NCBI RefSeq assembly: GCF_037042905.1
Contig: NC_087251.1
Coordinates: forward strand, 39,310,001-39,374,000
Reading direction: 5' to 3'
DNA: 64,000 bases
Source of the DNA: Lytechinus pictus
Taxonomy: Eukaryota
Both the position numbers and the translations under genes were made by a program. Shown here one piece after another: positions 1-13,115 of the stretch (its first letter is position 1; each line of letters opens with the position of its first letter). The notes under the pieces were generated by a model. It made no database searches, was not told the DNA's origin, and saw nothing but the letters and a program-made list of their open reading frames with translations.

Positions 1-137
1 TGTATCCCTGAATATCTTGTCCGTGAGTCAGGTCACATGACCAAAATCAAAGGTCATTTAGGATCAAGGAAAGTCGGCACTGCTGCTATATCGGATCGTG
101 TACTGCAGGCGAGACTGTCAGAGGCGTTCCACTTGTT
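1..137 (-). mobile_element. Terminus of a non-autonomous Helentron/HINE-like element (AACAAGTGG end), cut by the window edge, in the last WDR25 intron
   Basis: Reverse complement reads AACAAGTGGAACGCCTCTGACAGTCTCGCCTGCA..., matching the termini at 15343 and 29582; GGTCA/TGACC motifs as in those elements. Confidence 0.7.
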
Positions 138-264
138 GTAATTTCAACTTCAACTCATTCGTATTTTGGATATGCCATCGACATCAGTTTAGTTGAAAAT
201 ATGAGAAACATATTTACCTTGATGGTACAATGGCTGAGTAGCCTTTCTCTCTTCCTTTCTGCAG

Positions 265-492
265 GTTGAGGGATACAGGATCGGTTGCGACTGTTCCCCC
301 GATGGCAGTTTTGTGGCCAGTGGCAGTTCTGATGGAAAGGTACATATCTACAGCTACAGCAGCACCAAGCTGACAAAGACCCTTGGAGGTGGTCAGCAGG
401 AGGGCGCCTGTACTGATGTGGCATGGCATCCTGTCGTGCCTGGTGTCCTAGCCAGCTGCAGCTGGGATGGCAAAATCAACGTCTGGACCTGA
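265..492 (+). CDS. WDR25: WD repeat-containing protein 25, terminal coding exon
   Basis: Polypyrimidine tract and CAG acceptor (261-264), then phase-0 frame VEGYRIGCDCSPDGSFVASGSSDGKVHIYSYSSTKLTKTLGGGQQEGACTDVAWHPVVPGVLASCSWDGKINVWT*. Matches my recollection of the vertebrate WDR25 C-terminus (VEGYSVGCECSP...HPVLPSVLATCSW) better than the paralog CDC40. Confidence 0.88.
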   Translation, partial: VEGYRIGCDCSPDGSFVASGSSDGKVHIYSYSSTKLTKTLGGGQQEGACTDVAWHPVVPGVLASCSWDGKINVWT

Positions 493-1734
493 GAGGTATC
501 GTCATTCACATACTGTCAAACCTGCTGTAGCATCCACCTGTAGGATAACCACTCTATAAAGGCCATAATTTGGGTCTCTCTTGAATTGTTGAACAGTGTA
601 TTACAATAATCTGTTCATAAAGACTAAATTCCTTGTCTCCCTTGGACGGTCTTTAGAGTATATACAGGTCTCACTCTATTGGTTATACTGAATGTTTGAA
701 CAGTCATATAAAAATGACGTGACTTATTATGGTGATTCGTGGAACTCTGAATCCACAAACCTTGGTAATTTCTGTTATTCCTCATTCTTTCCATCAGTTG
801 CTCTCATTTGCTGCCACCCTGGTAGATACGCTAGTGATCCTTTCTTTCAAATGATATTCACTTATTTTGTAAACAAGGGGATAAAACGGTAGCGTAAATT
901 TGTTCATACATCAAGGTGTATCCTACAATGAAAATGTATGTAACAGAACAATTCTTATGGCCACACTGTATAATTGTGGTTTCAAGTGCCTCGACTCCAT
1001 TTCTTCTCCCTTACAAACAGGACAGACCCATCTTCAAGATGCAACTGGCTGCACATTTGTTGCTGAGCTGATGAAGACGTCCTGCAGTATTTACCTGCAG
1101 AAGCCATCCTAAATACAGAGTGGCTGCCGATGTCACAAGAAAGGATCATCACCCGAGTGTGAACAACTGGCCTATTTAGCAACTCTCCTGGATGTGCCGT
1201 TCACACGGGTCATCTTTGGACTGCATGTGTTCCATACAATGCTGCACTGAGGAAGATCTTCTGCAGAAGCCATTGAAGAAACAAAATGGTTACTTACAGT
1301 ATCTCACAGGAAAGAATCATAACCTGAGTGTGGATGGAGGACCATTTTACTTCTTCCTTCTTTAATCTAAGAAAATCTTCAACAAAATCATTTTCTTCGT
1401 TCATTCTAAATGTACAGTAAATAATGATATCATCTCATGATTAAAAAAAATTATAATTGGATTCACATTGCGCCTTTTCCAGAGGATACAGATTGCTGTT
1501 TAAGGCATATAGATAGTTAGGATTTATTTTACAGATCTTTTTTTTTCCAAACTTTTTTTAACAAGTCAAGTGAGGTAATGTTTTGTAAAGTTGGACAGGG
1601 TTTGTTCCACATACTTCGAGCAACATAAATATTTGATTACAAGAAACAATCCCTACATTACCTTTACATGCATAGATAGTCCCTTTGTGAGACAACTTAT
1701 ACTACTAAATAATGAAAGTTTTGAAAAAAGATCA

Positions 1735-2009
1735 CAGTCTGACCTCTCTTATCTGGTCACGTTGGGACCAGCACCAATCCGGATAGGTTCCGGATAAGTT
1801 CTTTCGGTAATTTGGGTAAGTTATTTTCATAAAAAATAATTTTGTTGTAGGTAGACTATATTGGGAAATGTATGTAATGAAAGTAAGTTTGTGTAGGAAT
1901 TTTAATTTTTGATTGAAATCTCATTTCCCCTTGTACTAGATTGAAGAAAAAAAAAACTTGGCAAGTGTGCGTCCGGATAATAGAAAGATCCGGATAAGAG
2001 GCTGGACTG
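1735..2009. mobile_element. Tc1/mariner-pogo-type MITE
   Basis: Ends CAGTCTGACCTCTCTTATCTGG ... CCGGATAAGAGGCTGGACTG followed by TA; a related copy in opposite orientation starts at 3448. Confidence 0.6.
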
Positions 2010-2190
2010 TAGTATCATGAGTTCCATACCATGATTGCAGCATTTTCCTTTGTGAACATTATTTATTAATGATGTCTTTATATTTTCACTCCCAAGTTGT
2101 CTGTCATTGCTGATGATTGCTTCCGTCATGCTTTCATGTCTTACAAGAACTATTTAATCATTTCTTTCAACATTTCAAAGTCTAATTTAT

Positions 2191-3323
2191 CAGGGATGCC
2201 ACTAGGTGTCTTCCAAAGCCCTGAAATTTTTTTGCGGGCAGGGGCAGTGTCCATGGACAGTGATGACTTTCTATAACATGGTACGGTATGGTGGATAGTG
2301 GAGAGGTAGCAGCAAATCTAACCCATCCTGAGACCAGTAAGATCCCCAAGAGAATCACACTTTTTTGTTCTTCATATTTGTTTTTGTTTGTGTGTATTTT
2401 TCAAAAGTGGCTTCTTACCTCATTGTGATCAATGACTTTGAAGACAAGGTTTGAAAGACTGATGGTAGTTGTTGGGTGCTGCTTCTAGCACGCCTCCTTT
2501 TCTGATTAATTTCTTTCGCGGCATGTTCACAAAACCTCTTTTTGCCGATTGAAGCATACTTCAGTTGTTTGTTGCACCAAATACACAAAGCAACACCAGG
2601 TTGGTTTATCTTGCGAATATATTCCGACATAAAATCTCCATTGTTTTTTTTTATCCTCCATCCATGACCAGTTCCATTTGTTCTTAACGTTCACTTCCAA
2701 TGCCTTGATATCGTCCGTTCTCTCTATTACTTTTGTACTCATCTTGGCTGCCTAATCATATCCAGTGCAGTGGCAGAGAATCATAATCCAAAGAATCTGG
2801 TGATGATGATCATTAATATGTTCTTGCAAACATGTTCAAATTCGATGGAAAAGTCAGATGATAAATCACAAAATATATCCAGTTTGGCCTACGTACACAT
2901 GCAGCTCCCCTGGCCTTGCTCTTGCGACGTACCAAATACGTTCGCACATGGCAAGCTGGAGTTAGCACAATGCCCAGCACAGTCTACACCGATGCTCCCG
3001 GCGGGGATGACAGGCATAGACCGGTAGGCACACGTGATGGTTTGGAGCATTTCTATATGGTTTTAAGAGGGCAGCACGCGTACATCCGTTGTTCAGCGCA
3101 CGCGTTTATAAATTATGTACTGTATATAGCAAATATCTCTCACTCGGTCAATTGACATGCATCGCGATCGAGAAAGAGAGAGCTATAGAGAGGGGGAAAG
3201 AAAGGAGGACTTTCCGATTTTTTTTAAATATACAGAAAACAGGAAAAGTCAGAAACACAGAAATAAGACAGATTGCAGGGAAAAGCCGGAATTCCAGGTA
3301 AAGGCGGAAAAGTGGCATCCCTG
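2191..3323 (-). mobile_element. Internally deleted hAT-like DNA transposon with 13-bp TIRs and 7-bp TSD
   Basis: TIR CAGGGATGCCACT (2191) / AGTGGCATCCCTG (ends 3323); AATTTAT directly flanks both ends (2184-2190, 3324-3330). Confidence 0.8.
2415..2742 (-). pseudogene. Frameshifted N-terminal zinc-finger (BED-like) fragment of a transposase
   Basis: Two overlapping minus-strand frames join across a T-run near 2644-2652: ...KNKWNWSWMEDKK / MSEYIRKINQPGVALCIWCNKQLKYASIGKKRFCEH, a W-rich motif plus CxxC...H; lies inside the TIR element. Confidence 0.6.
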
Positions 3324-3447
3324 AATTTATAGCTTTTAGATTTTTTTTTCTTTTCCCCCTCTATTTCTGATTGGTTTCTGATGAACACACGAAATATCCC
3401 ATGATGTTTTTCCATCTTACGTACATTCATTGGTCTTGCTGTTGCTA

Positions 3448-3670
3448 CAGTCCGACCTCTCTTATCCGGCCTCCCCTTATCCAGATCTCTCTATTATCCG
3501 GACGCACACTTGCCAAGATTTTTTTTCCCAATTCAATCAAGTACGTGGGGAAATGAATTTCAATCTAAACTCAATCTGACGCAAACTCACTTTGATTTCA
3601 TATATTTGCCAACATAGTCTACCTACAACCACATTTTTCATGAAAATATCTCACCCAAATCACCGAAAGA
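3448..3670. mobile_element. Partial Tc1/pogo-type MITE, inverted relative to 1735-2009
   Basis: TA|CAGTCCGACCTCTCTTATCCGG start; the following ~220 bp are a diverged reverse complement of ~1797-2009. Confidence 0.55.
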
Positions 3671-4123
3671 AATTAGTTAGGATAATTTTCTAGTTAATCA
3701 GGGGGCTGCGCAAACATTTCTTTACCTTCTCATTTTATTTCCCGGGGAAAAACAACACATGTCTTGCTAGCTAGCGCTAGGCCTCGATACTGACCAGTGC
3801 TGACAATACTGACAATGGCTGACATTGCGAAGCTGCGATGATCCAATTGGTCCTTTGACATTCAATCCTTGTTGTTTTCCCGCGGACACATATTTTCAGG
3901 ATTGGTGACTGGTTTTCCAATCTTCAGCCACCACTTCTTCTCCTAGATTCGCTATGATCTGCCAGAATCCATGTCACATATCATTCATTTCTTTATATTC
4001 TCTTGGTTCGATTTTCATTGAATCTCTTCGTCTATTTCGGTATCAAGCTCTGTTGTGTTCTTCTGCTGGGCGTCGGCTCGAAGACGGATTTCTGCTTCTG
4101 ATGTCATGGTGGCGATGGCCTGA

Positions 4124-4210
4124 TTTTTGTCTCGCCTGCATAGCAGAGCGAGACTATAGGCATCCCTTTTCTGACGGCGGCGGCAACATCATATCATAAC
4201 CTAAGGTTAA
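4124..4210 (-). mobile_element. Hairpin-end fragment of the Helentron/HINE-like family
   Basis: TTTTTGTCTCGCCTGCATAGCAGAGCGAGACTATAGGC is the reverse complement of the terminus at ~31360-31398. Confidence 0.65.
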
Positions 4211-4229
4211 TCACACACACAGTTAAGGC

Positions 4230-4580
4230 ATTGCTTATCAACTTGCTGGCATGTGCAATAGCTGCCGCGGTGGCCCTGACAATGGTAACTGCTTGTTCTA
4301 ATGTCAATTTAGCTTTGTGTAGAAGGTGTTGACGAATATTAGAATTATTCTCTGGTGAGAGATGCTGTCCGAGATTCAAATTCACATGTCTCAGCCAACG
4401 ATTTTAGGGATGTGACAAAATTCTCAAATGATTCATCCTCTCTTTTCACTATAGCGTTGAAAGTATATTGTTCATAGCTAGTATGGCATGTCCTTTGCAA
4501 TGTTCATCAAATTTATCAATTACCTTTTGATACACCTTGGAATCAGCTTTGGTGTCCCAAGTAAACATGTTGTGGAGGTC
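4230..4580 (-). pseudogene. Degraded Gypsy-type gag fragment
   Basis: Minus-strand translation with frameshifts: DLHNMFTWDTKADSKVYQKVIDKFDEHCK / YEQYTFN..ESFENFVTSLKSLAETCEF / NIRQHLLHKAKLTLEQAVTIVRA, typical Gypsy gag motifs. Confidence 0.7.
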
Positions 4581-5129
4581 AACCACTGGCTGCCTGATCA
4601 CGGCTAGTAGAGTTGCTACCCGCAGCAAATCGCCTCAGGTCGCTATCCCCATTTCGCAGCCACTTTTCCCAAATTTCTGCTTGATGTCTTTGTACTGACA
4701 AATTCATACTTGAGGTGATATCAAACTTTTGTAAGACAGCATCAGTGATATCAAACACATCATTTAAATGTTCTTTATTACTGATCCATAATTTTCCAAG
4801 TATCTGGAACTCCTTCATGAATCGATGAAATGAACTCTATAAGGATTTTTTTTCTTAAAGACAGTAATTGTTACTTTATACATAACAGGAACTGTATAAA
4901 AGTGAAGAAAAATAAATTATGTTCATAGAGTAGGCATGTTTTTCCATTTTGAATCACATTGGCTACCAGCTTTTGATGAGAAGCATTTGTAATTGAATTA
5001 TATCATGAACATGTGCTTTATCTCAGATCTTTGGTAGTTTCATGATCTCAATGAGGACCAAAAGCACCAAAAAGTTGTCAAATATTATAAAGAAAATTAC
5101 CTGACATGCGACAGGCAAACCAGAGTTGT

Positions 5130-5659
5130 TGGTGTTGCTCAATGTCTTCTTAACCAACATTGCTGACTCAACGTTAACAGCTAGGGCTAGGGCTTTCTCG
5201 AGTGTCAGAGAGTCATCCCCCATAAGCAGTCGTTCCCAAATCCGAGGAATTTATGTTTTTTCGATGAGCTGATCCCTTATCAACTCATCTCTGAGGCTTC
5301 CAAATTTACAGCTAGTAGCCAACTCCCCAAGACACGTCACATACTGCTCAACTGGCTCACCTTGTCCCTGGGCTCGTCAAAATTTATATTCAATCATGAC
5401 ACTTTTCTTTGGCCCATAGTGCTTTTCCAAATCTTTCTTGGCTTCCTCGCACTTGGTGAGTGTATTGCCGCTATCGTCCTTCAGCTGATCGAGCCTTTGT
5501 CCCCGCGCAGTGAGCGAGAATCGCCCACTACACTCGGTGCTTTCAACCTGTAGCTAGTAAGTAAGTTTCAAATCCCGAAATCTACCTTTCACAGGGCACG
5601 GGAGGTTCACCTGGGGTTTGTAGAAAAGGAGATGGTGCTGGTTATTGCAAAGCACCCAT
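5130..5659 (-). pseudogene. Degraded Gypsy (Mag-like) gag, 5' part
   Basis: From ATG 5659: MGALQ*PAPSPFLQTPGEPPVPCER*ISGFETYLLATG; later AQGQGEPVEQYVTCLGELATSCKFGSLRDELIRDQLIEKT..ERLLMGDDSLTLEKALALA; several stops. Confidence 0.8.
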
Positions 5660-5675
5660 GATTTTCCTTTGCCAA

Positions 5676-5828
5676 TGTAGTATCTGAGGACTCACTAAAG
5701 GATGGCAGACAAGATATGTAACGTTGTATGGATACTTTTATTCACGTGTTGAATCGTGGCTCAAAACGTGTTACATGCAGGGGCGAATTCCACGCAACGT
5801 GTTCAACTATGGAACGTCAAATACAACA
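5676..5828 (-). mobile_element. Putative 5' LTR of the Gypsy remnant, with adjacent PBS-like sequence
   Basis: Bounded by TGTAGTAT...ATACAACA (TG..CA, imperfect IR); minus-strand AATAAA near 5738; on the minus strand it is followed by TTGGCAAAGG and then the gag ATG. Confidence 0.55.
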
Positions 5829-8800
5829 CACGTGTGTATCATCCCATGCAATTTACTCCACGGGGGCAATCTTGAGTTGTACCATTTCCCTGGTATTCAT
5901 GTTCTAGCTCTTTTCTTGGGCTATTTGGGGATTTTCCGGGGTGAATTTGTCCACTGCCCCCATGAATTTTTTTGACTGGTTCAATGATATAGAACTACAT
6001 TATATGTAAGAAGTATGATTTTTAGGATGCAATGTTCATCATGAACATATTACCGGCCTCTCTCCAACTCTTCACGGCATTTCAGTATTATGCCAATAGT
6101 AATATGCAAGGCAGTGCAGCAATTTTAGTTATATTACAGGTATGAATTTTATCATTCTGCTATTTGAACACCCATCATTTTCATTTCTGTGTGGAGGAAA
6201 AAATGTTGGATGTAACTTGATATTTTTATGAATGTCTCTTATAAAATTTAATAAATTATAAGATTATACATCTCTAAATTTGCATTCCTTGTGTATTTGT
6301 TATTTCTTTTTTTTTCATATCTCTGATATTTCGAATGCAGTATCTCAATATTTTTTGGAGTTTCTTGTTATTCTTTTCCTTTTTTTGATCAAACACTTCC
6401 CTTCATGTCTGATCAGGGGAGTGTTTCATCAACAATTACTATGGTAACTAACAGATAAATTGTCTGACAATTCCTTTCATGAAACAATCCCCAGACTTTC
6501 ACATTTCTTCCCATTATTCTCAAAGTTTCTTCAACTTGTATGAAAGCTTTCCATCATTAACATATTTTTCGTTTTCCTGAAAATTTTCATCTTGTTTTCA
6601 TCTCCTCACCCCTTCCCCTCTCTATCACTCATATTTTTATCTAGACTTAGCCCTCCTTGACATTTTCGCGATAAATCTGCCGCACAATTTTTTTTTACCA
6701 CGTCCCTCACAGACTTTTTACTTTCAAGTCTCGTGCAACTTTTGAGACCAAAATTGCGAGCCCGGGCACACGGTTCCGAAATTAAGCAACATTTCGTAAA
6801 TGCATACAGACCCAAAGCTGCTCAAAAACATGAATTGTTTACAAATCCAATGCAAACAGTGTTTTTAGCCAAAATTCATACATGTATCATTATTTCCTTT
6901 ACTGATCAAACTCAATTAATTTCATTTCATAAATTTACAAATGCATCATTAGCATTCTTCTGTCAAACAATAAAGGAAAATGACAAACAAGGCTTGAAAC
7001 AGGTCTTTCGTCCACGGTTTATCTATACATTATTCATGTTTTTATTGTGCAGAAATGTCATACATACAGTTTTTCACAATAACATTTGCTGATCAATGAC
7101 TTTCTGAAATATGAATTTATACACCTACAATCACATAGTTGATTAGAAAGGAATAGTACAAGAGCCTTAGTATCTATGGTTTGTTGGTCGTAATATTTTA
7201 CAGTGGTACGTGGGAAGAGAATATATATTCTACGTGTACTGGCATCATATGTTATGAAACATGTATTATATCACCTGTTGATAGAATTAAAACTTGCATT
7301 TCTTGAATATGAAAACAAAACAAAGTTATTACTTTGCATGAAAAACAATATGTTACATTTTACTACTATCTACTTCCTGACCACTAATGTTTCTAGTTAA
7401 AAGTTGATTATTAAGCAGTATAAAAATCTTAACGGCATGATGTTAGTAGTATTAAAAAAGAAAACGGTTAGCCGCTGTTTATTCTACTTTCTAGTGTAAC
7501 TTCTTGACATTTGACAATTCTTTGTATCCCTTCACATTTATCAAAAACACATATTATACATGACTATTTTCAGAAAGGATAATTTCATCACCATATGACC
7601 TCATTCCCATTCACCTCACTCGTAATTTATTTCAGTCCCAGTGAATACAATGGAAGGACTGGTAAACATATATTTCAATATGAAGTTATTCATTTTCAAA
7701 ACAAAAATTCTCTGATACGTCATCAAATTATATACAAAAATATTGTCCACTGTTAACAAAAAAATAGGAATACAATCTTGCCAATCAAATTGAAACTAAA
7801 CGATCCTGCTATTATGTTTCTTTTCCGATATACATATATATATATATATATTCAACACTTGGGTAAACAAAACTGAATACAAACGTAAGTACAGTAAATG
7901 ATAAATTTCACACACAAATATGATTAAGTACTACAGAAACATGTTTACAATATATTAGGACACTGTTAGTGTTGCTTTGGTTGGTATAATGAATAGGGTT
8001 ATGTTTCTTCAGAATATAAATATGTGTTAGTAATCGCAATCTTAAGTACAAATGTAGGCAGGGTCCAAATTGGACCAAAACTTTTGAAGGACCAGCTATA
8101 GTGCACAAAGAATACAGCCGCTGAAATGGAATTGTATCCAACTCTGCTAGATATGACACTTTTTACATTTAAATTAATAATGTGATTAGTAAATTTTAAA
8201 GATATCTCTGAATTTACTGATTATAGCTCAAAATGAATTGTTGAAATCTTAAGTAAAAGAGCCGAGCATGATTTTTTTTTTAATTGAGAATCATGATTTT
8301 CATCAAACAGCTGTATGCTGGTGGGGATTACTGAAATACATTTTCCCTGTTAGCATAGACAATTGTTTGGTAAATTTCATCATGCTTTCATGAAATTGCA
8401 TTATGAAATACTGATATTCAAAGCATGCAAGTCTGATGATATACATGTAGATTACATTGTTAGTGCAGGTGGTAGTATACAAATAATACACCCAATCAAG
8501 GTCATTAGTAAGAATTATATACCTTGGCTTTGGAACAGTTCTAACATGCCCGAGACAAAACAAGGGCGTTGGTCTGTTTCAAAGGTAACAAGTGTGTGTT
8601 ATTGTTATAATGCCTAAGCAAAATTATGTATAGTATATATTTTATAAGATGTGATGTGGATTCTTGTTATCTGATAAACAATACTCATCTCAAGACCATT
8701 GGCAGTCAATATAAATAGTACCGGTTGTTAGTTAATGTTCCTGTTAGCTAAAATTACTGACTGGTCATGTGATAAATTCAACCAATCGTTGATTAGTATC

Positions 8801-9096
8801 TATGTTACCATTTTATAGAATAGAATCAAAGCAAATCACTCTAAACAGTGATCATCCCTCCACCTACAGCCAACCCCTTTATGTATGTATAGATGTAGGA
8901 TGCCTGACAAAGAATACATACATGAACAAAACTAAGGGACAACATATCACACAACATCAAAACTAATTTGCTTTGTTTATCTCAAGATACACCTTGACAT
9001 AAATAACATGCAACTAATGATTTACTGTCTTTATAATATAAAAATCAAAAATATATACACATAATGCCAGATTGTGTCTTGCTCCTTATTATTCAA

Positions 9097-9288
9097 ACCT
9101 GGGGGCCCTTTTCATAAAGCTGTTCGTAAGTTAAGAGCAACTTTAAGAATGACTGGTGATCATTTTTTGTGGTAAATGGTATATACGAAAATGTTCATTG
9201 GCGATGGTTTAGCGTGTAAGAAAGGATCACCAGTCGTTCTTAAAGTCGCTCTTAACTTACAAACAGCTCTATGAAACGGCCCCCAGGT
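9097..9288. mobile_element. Palindromic MITE (PIF/Harbinger-like); diverged adjacent copy at ~9289-9462
   Basis: ACCTGGGGGCC...GGCCCCCAGGT ends with ~60-bp inverted arms; relatives at 24797-24977 and ~60434-60762. Confidence 0.75.
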
Positions 9289-9588
9289 GGGTGTATCATA
9301 AGGCTGTTTGAAAGATACAAGCCACTTTGTGAAAGACCGGTAATCCTTTTCTTGTTGTAAATGATATACACCCAATGTTCGCTGATGTACTTCAGCGCCT
9401 AAAAAAAAATCACCAGTCGTTCGTAAAGTCGCTTGTAACTCACAAACAGCTTTATGAAACGCATAACCTGCTCTAGTGACAACCTGTTTACATAGACCTC
9501 AAGTTTGGATTTCGTTGACTAATTTCCCCCCCATAGAACATGTATGACAGGAACCTTTCGATACAGACCCCTTCTCTTGTTTCCCTAA

Positions 9589-10027
9589 AGCTACGATTAC
9601 ACCAAAAACGAATTCTCCCGAATAATCTTAGATCAAATGAGAGGCGAATCAGTCCAGAAAAGGTCCTAAATCGGAGCACAATTGCCAAGAATTGCCCTAA
9701 TGCCTCCAAGAATCCAACCAAATTTCATCCAAACGTGGCCTGAATGAAATTTGCCGTGGCTACATTCGGGAGTATTTTGGAGGGTATTCAGCTGGTTTTG
9801 AATATTTCAAAACGAGCCGAATCCCTCCATAAATGTTCTCAAATCCCTCCCAAATTTTCTCACATTCGGGAAGGGAGAAATGAATACTTCCAAATCCTCC
9901 TGATTTGATTCCCGAATCAGAGACTGAATAGTTTCTGAATCCACCAAATCCATCCAAATCAGGCCACATTCGGGCAGAATCAGTCCAAATTTATTTGGGA
10001 GAATTCGGTTTTGGTGTAACCCTGGCG
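9589..10027. mobile_element. PIF/Harbinger-like MITE with TAA TSD
   Basis: TTACACCAAAAACGAATTCTCCCGAATAA at the left end and its imperfect inverse at the right end; TAA on both flanks (9586-9588, 10028-10030). Confidence 0.65.
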
Positions 10028-13000
10028 TAATATGGTCTTCATATACAGGCTTCATTGTATTATACCTTAAGGCTATCGCAAACCTTACCATTGGTCTGCA
10101 ACAAGATTTTGGAATAAAATGTAATAAAATTTGATGTGAATATTGAGACCTGGAACATCTTACTGTGTAAGGTTCTAAATCATAGTACAATATACTTTTG
10201 TTCAGATCTGGGACTATGCTACCATCCTTCTAAGAATAAAAGTGAAATGAATATCTAGTTGTTTGATGTCATAGCAATCGTATGATTGGCTACCAAATTG
10301 GCGTTTATTCCAAAATAAAGGCCTGCAATCATCCATAATTGTGTTATTAGAGTTCTTTCAGTTAATATGAACATGAAAAAGATAATTTTTATTTGCATTT
10401 TCAGAATATAAGCAAAATGTGATTTGTTCCAAAATCAGATCGTGAACCAGTCGTAAGGTGTATGGAGGCCTGTAAACTGACAATAAAGAGGAGAAGTAAA
10501 CTGACAATAAAGACGAGAAATAAACTTTAAAACACAATCTATGCTAATGCAGTATTCAGGGGCAATGTGCCCTTCTGTATCTTTTAAAATAAAATGTGCA
10601 GGAATTTCTTTGCATAAAAACCTTGGACTAATGAAAGACTACCAAGTATAAATAATCAGTTTACAATCAATCATATGTACAGAAATTGACAACATAATTT
10701 TCAAAATACCAAAAATATTAAAATTCTTCTCTCCATCATTTGGCCATCCAGACACATTCTCCTTTGTTTTCAACAATTCCATGTTTATTGGCATTGTAAT
10801 CATTGTTTGCATAGCTAAAATGAACTCATCCGAATCCTATATCGTATAACACGTCATCGAAAATAACAATGTAATAACCATGAAAAAATCTCTCTCCTTT
10901 CTTGTTTCTATGACTGATACGTTGAAAAGAGTATCATATTTCATTACCTAATAGCATAATTGTCATACGCCATATCCATAACATACACAATAAATTCATA
11001 TTTTTTTCACAGCATATTTCCCTATCGTTATTGACAAGATATACATTTGCAATTTTAGGAGCAAATGAAAGAATGAAAAAGAAAATTGTCTTGCATTTAT
11101 TGAAGGGTACTGAAACAGGTAATAGAAATGTGATGAAGGATAGGAATACAGTACAGAGATGATACGTACCACACAAAGAGCATATCAGAAGAGAGACAGA
11201 AAAAAATGAGACTTAACTGTCCTTATTGAAACTAGTAGTGATCATGTCTTTTGTATGCCTACCACTACTCACAATATTTCATCTCAAATTTGGGTTGACA
11301 TTTAGGTTTCAGAGAGAAAAGTAATTGATCATTCCTGAACACTGCTTCAGGACAAATGAAGTATCTCCATTTCACCGACAACGTCGATCCGTTTTTCTCT
11401 CCCACATACATACGCAACAAGTCAAACCCTCACAATGGAAGTCACATATACCAGGAAATTCCCATTCTGCATTCACATGGAAATGTATGTCTGTACGTCT
11501 CTAGACATTGGTTTGAGCCATAAACACATTCCACGAAAATGCAGGGCTGCATGGCTATAGGTGATAGAACAGGAGACATTCCGGTCGATGTCATCTGCGT
11601 TATGCTACAGAGAAACTGTTTCCCAGGAATTCCCTGTGCATTCTCTAAGCTGGCTTTCTCTCTGTGTGGATCGGCCGTGCGATTCATCAAAACGGCACGC
11701 AGAATGCTTTTTGACACTTCCATTAAGTTGATTGCCTGCAGCCCTCGGCAAGGAACACTCTTTCGAATGCGAGGACCTTTCTCTCCAGTTCCAATGACGA
11801 TGCATCAACAGTCCATGTTGTGGCAATTTATCATCAAGCAGAGAGTCGGAGGAAGGGGGAAAGGAAAGAGAGAGACAGAGTAATAGAGGAAACAAAAATA
11901 AATAAACAGATACAGATAAAGGGAGAAACAAGAAATAGCATAACAGGTAGATACGTATAGTTATTGACGTAAAAGCACTTACTATTTGACTAAATATAAT
12001 TGAATACATTTAGTCAGGAGTTGCTCCGTACATACATCTCTCTCTATCTCAACCATGACAAATGGGAAAAGGGAAATAAACTACATAACTAACAGAATAA
12101 TGACTATAAAAGTGGGTTTTTATATACCACTTCAGTCTGTCAGATATAACATGTTTTTAGAAAGTTTCATATAATAAGGGCATTACTAAATTATTCCATC
12201 CTCGATGCTTCTTCATAGATGTGTTTTTCTGGTTAATTTTGTTTAAGTTGGTACTTTATTATGGTCACCTGATTATATTCATAGTTTGAACTGACTACCT
12301 GAGTAATTATTACAGAAAGGAAATAACATGTTTATCTTGGTCACAAAGCAAACACTCAAGTACATTCCATCTTGAATGCATGCATAATTGATGGAACTTT
12401 ATCTTGCTAAGAATGTCCCTAAAACTTTACTGCGAACAATTCATCTTCATTTTATGAATAATCCTTCAAACATATGCTCATGAAACATCCATAAGAATAT
12501 AGAGAAGTAAAGAAATATCAATTCATGTGATAATTAAACTTTTCACAGAGTATTTCACTCTGCAGTATTGTACAAAAATGTAGAATCCTAAATATGTAAC
12601 TTCTCGTATCATTATCATTACAGAACATGGACACAATTATGATGGCATTGGCTTGCTTGTAAGATTTACTTCTACAGTATTACCTTCTGAAGTCGTAATC
12701 ACAATTTAAAGCATCTATAGTCCTATAGTCAACCTACACACAATGTTAATCCATTCCTACAAATTTAAATGGCCTTTTAAAGATTATCAAGACAGAAGAT
12801 ATAGAAACAAATGAAGGTAACAAAAAATAGTTTCCTTATGAATCCTTGGGAAATAAAATTTGTATAAATTTTGGAATGGAAATGACATTCAGAAGTACAT
12901 GGTTAAAAGAGTCCTGAATTGTTTGGTTTTCTAAGTACATTTAAAGTGGCATTAAACACGAATACGAGATATCCTGAACTACGCAGTATAAAAAACAAGC

Positions 13001-13115
13001 AATGAGTATCAGAGTTGTCTCTCATGAAGTTGCTATATTTGCAATCATGATTTTTCTGTTTTCATTCATTATAATATGCATTATCATTACTAATCTACAC
13101 AGACTTAGCGTAGCG

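Noticed and set aside
1064..1110. CTGATGA hammerhead core
   Set aside because: No downstream stem II-GAAA-stem III arrangement.
11442..12009. ORFs of 93-134 aa
   Set aside because: No recognisable domain or splice structure; more likely 3' UTR or intergenic sequence.
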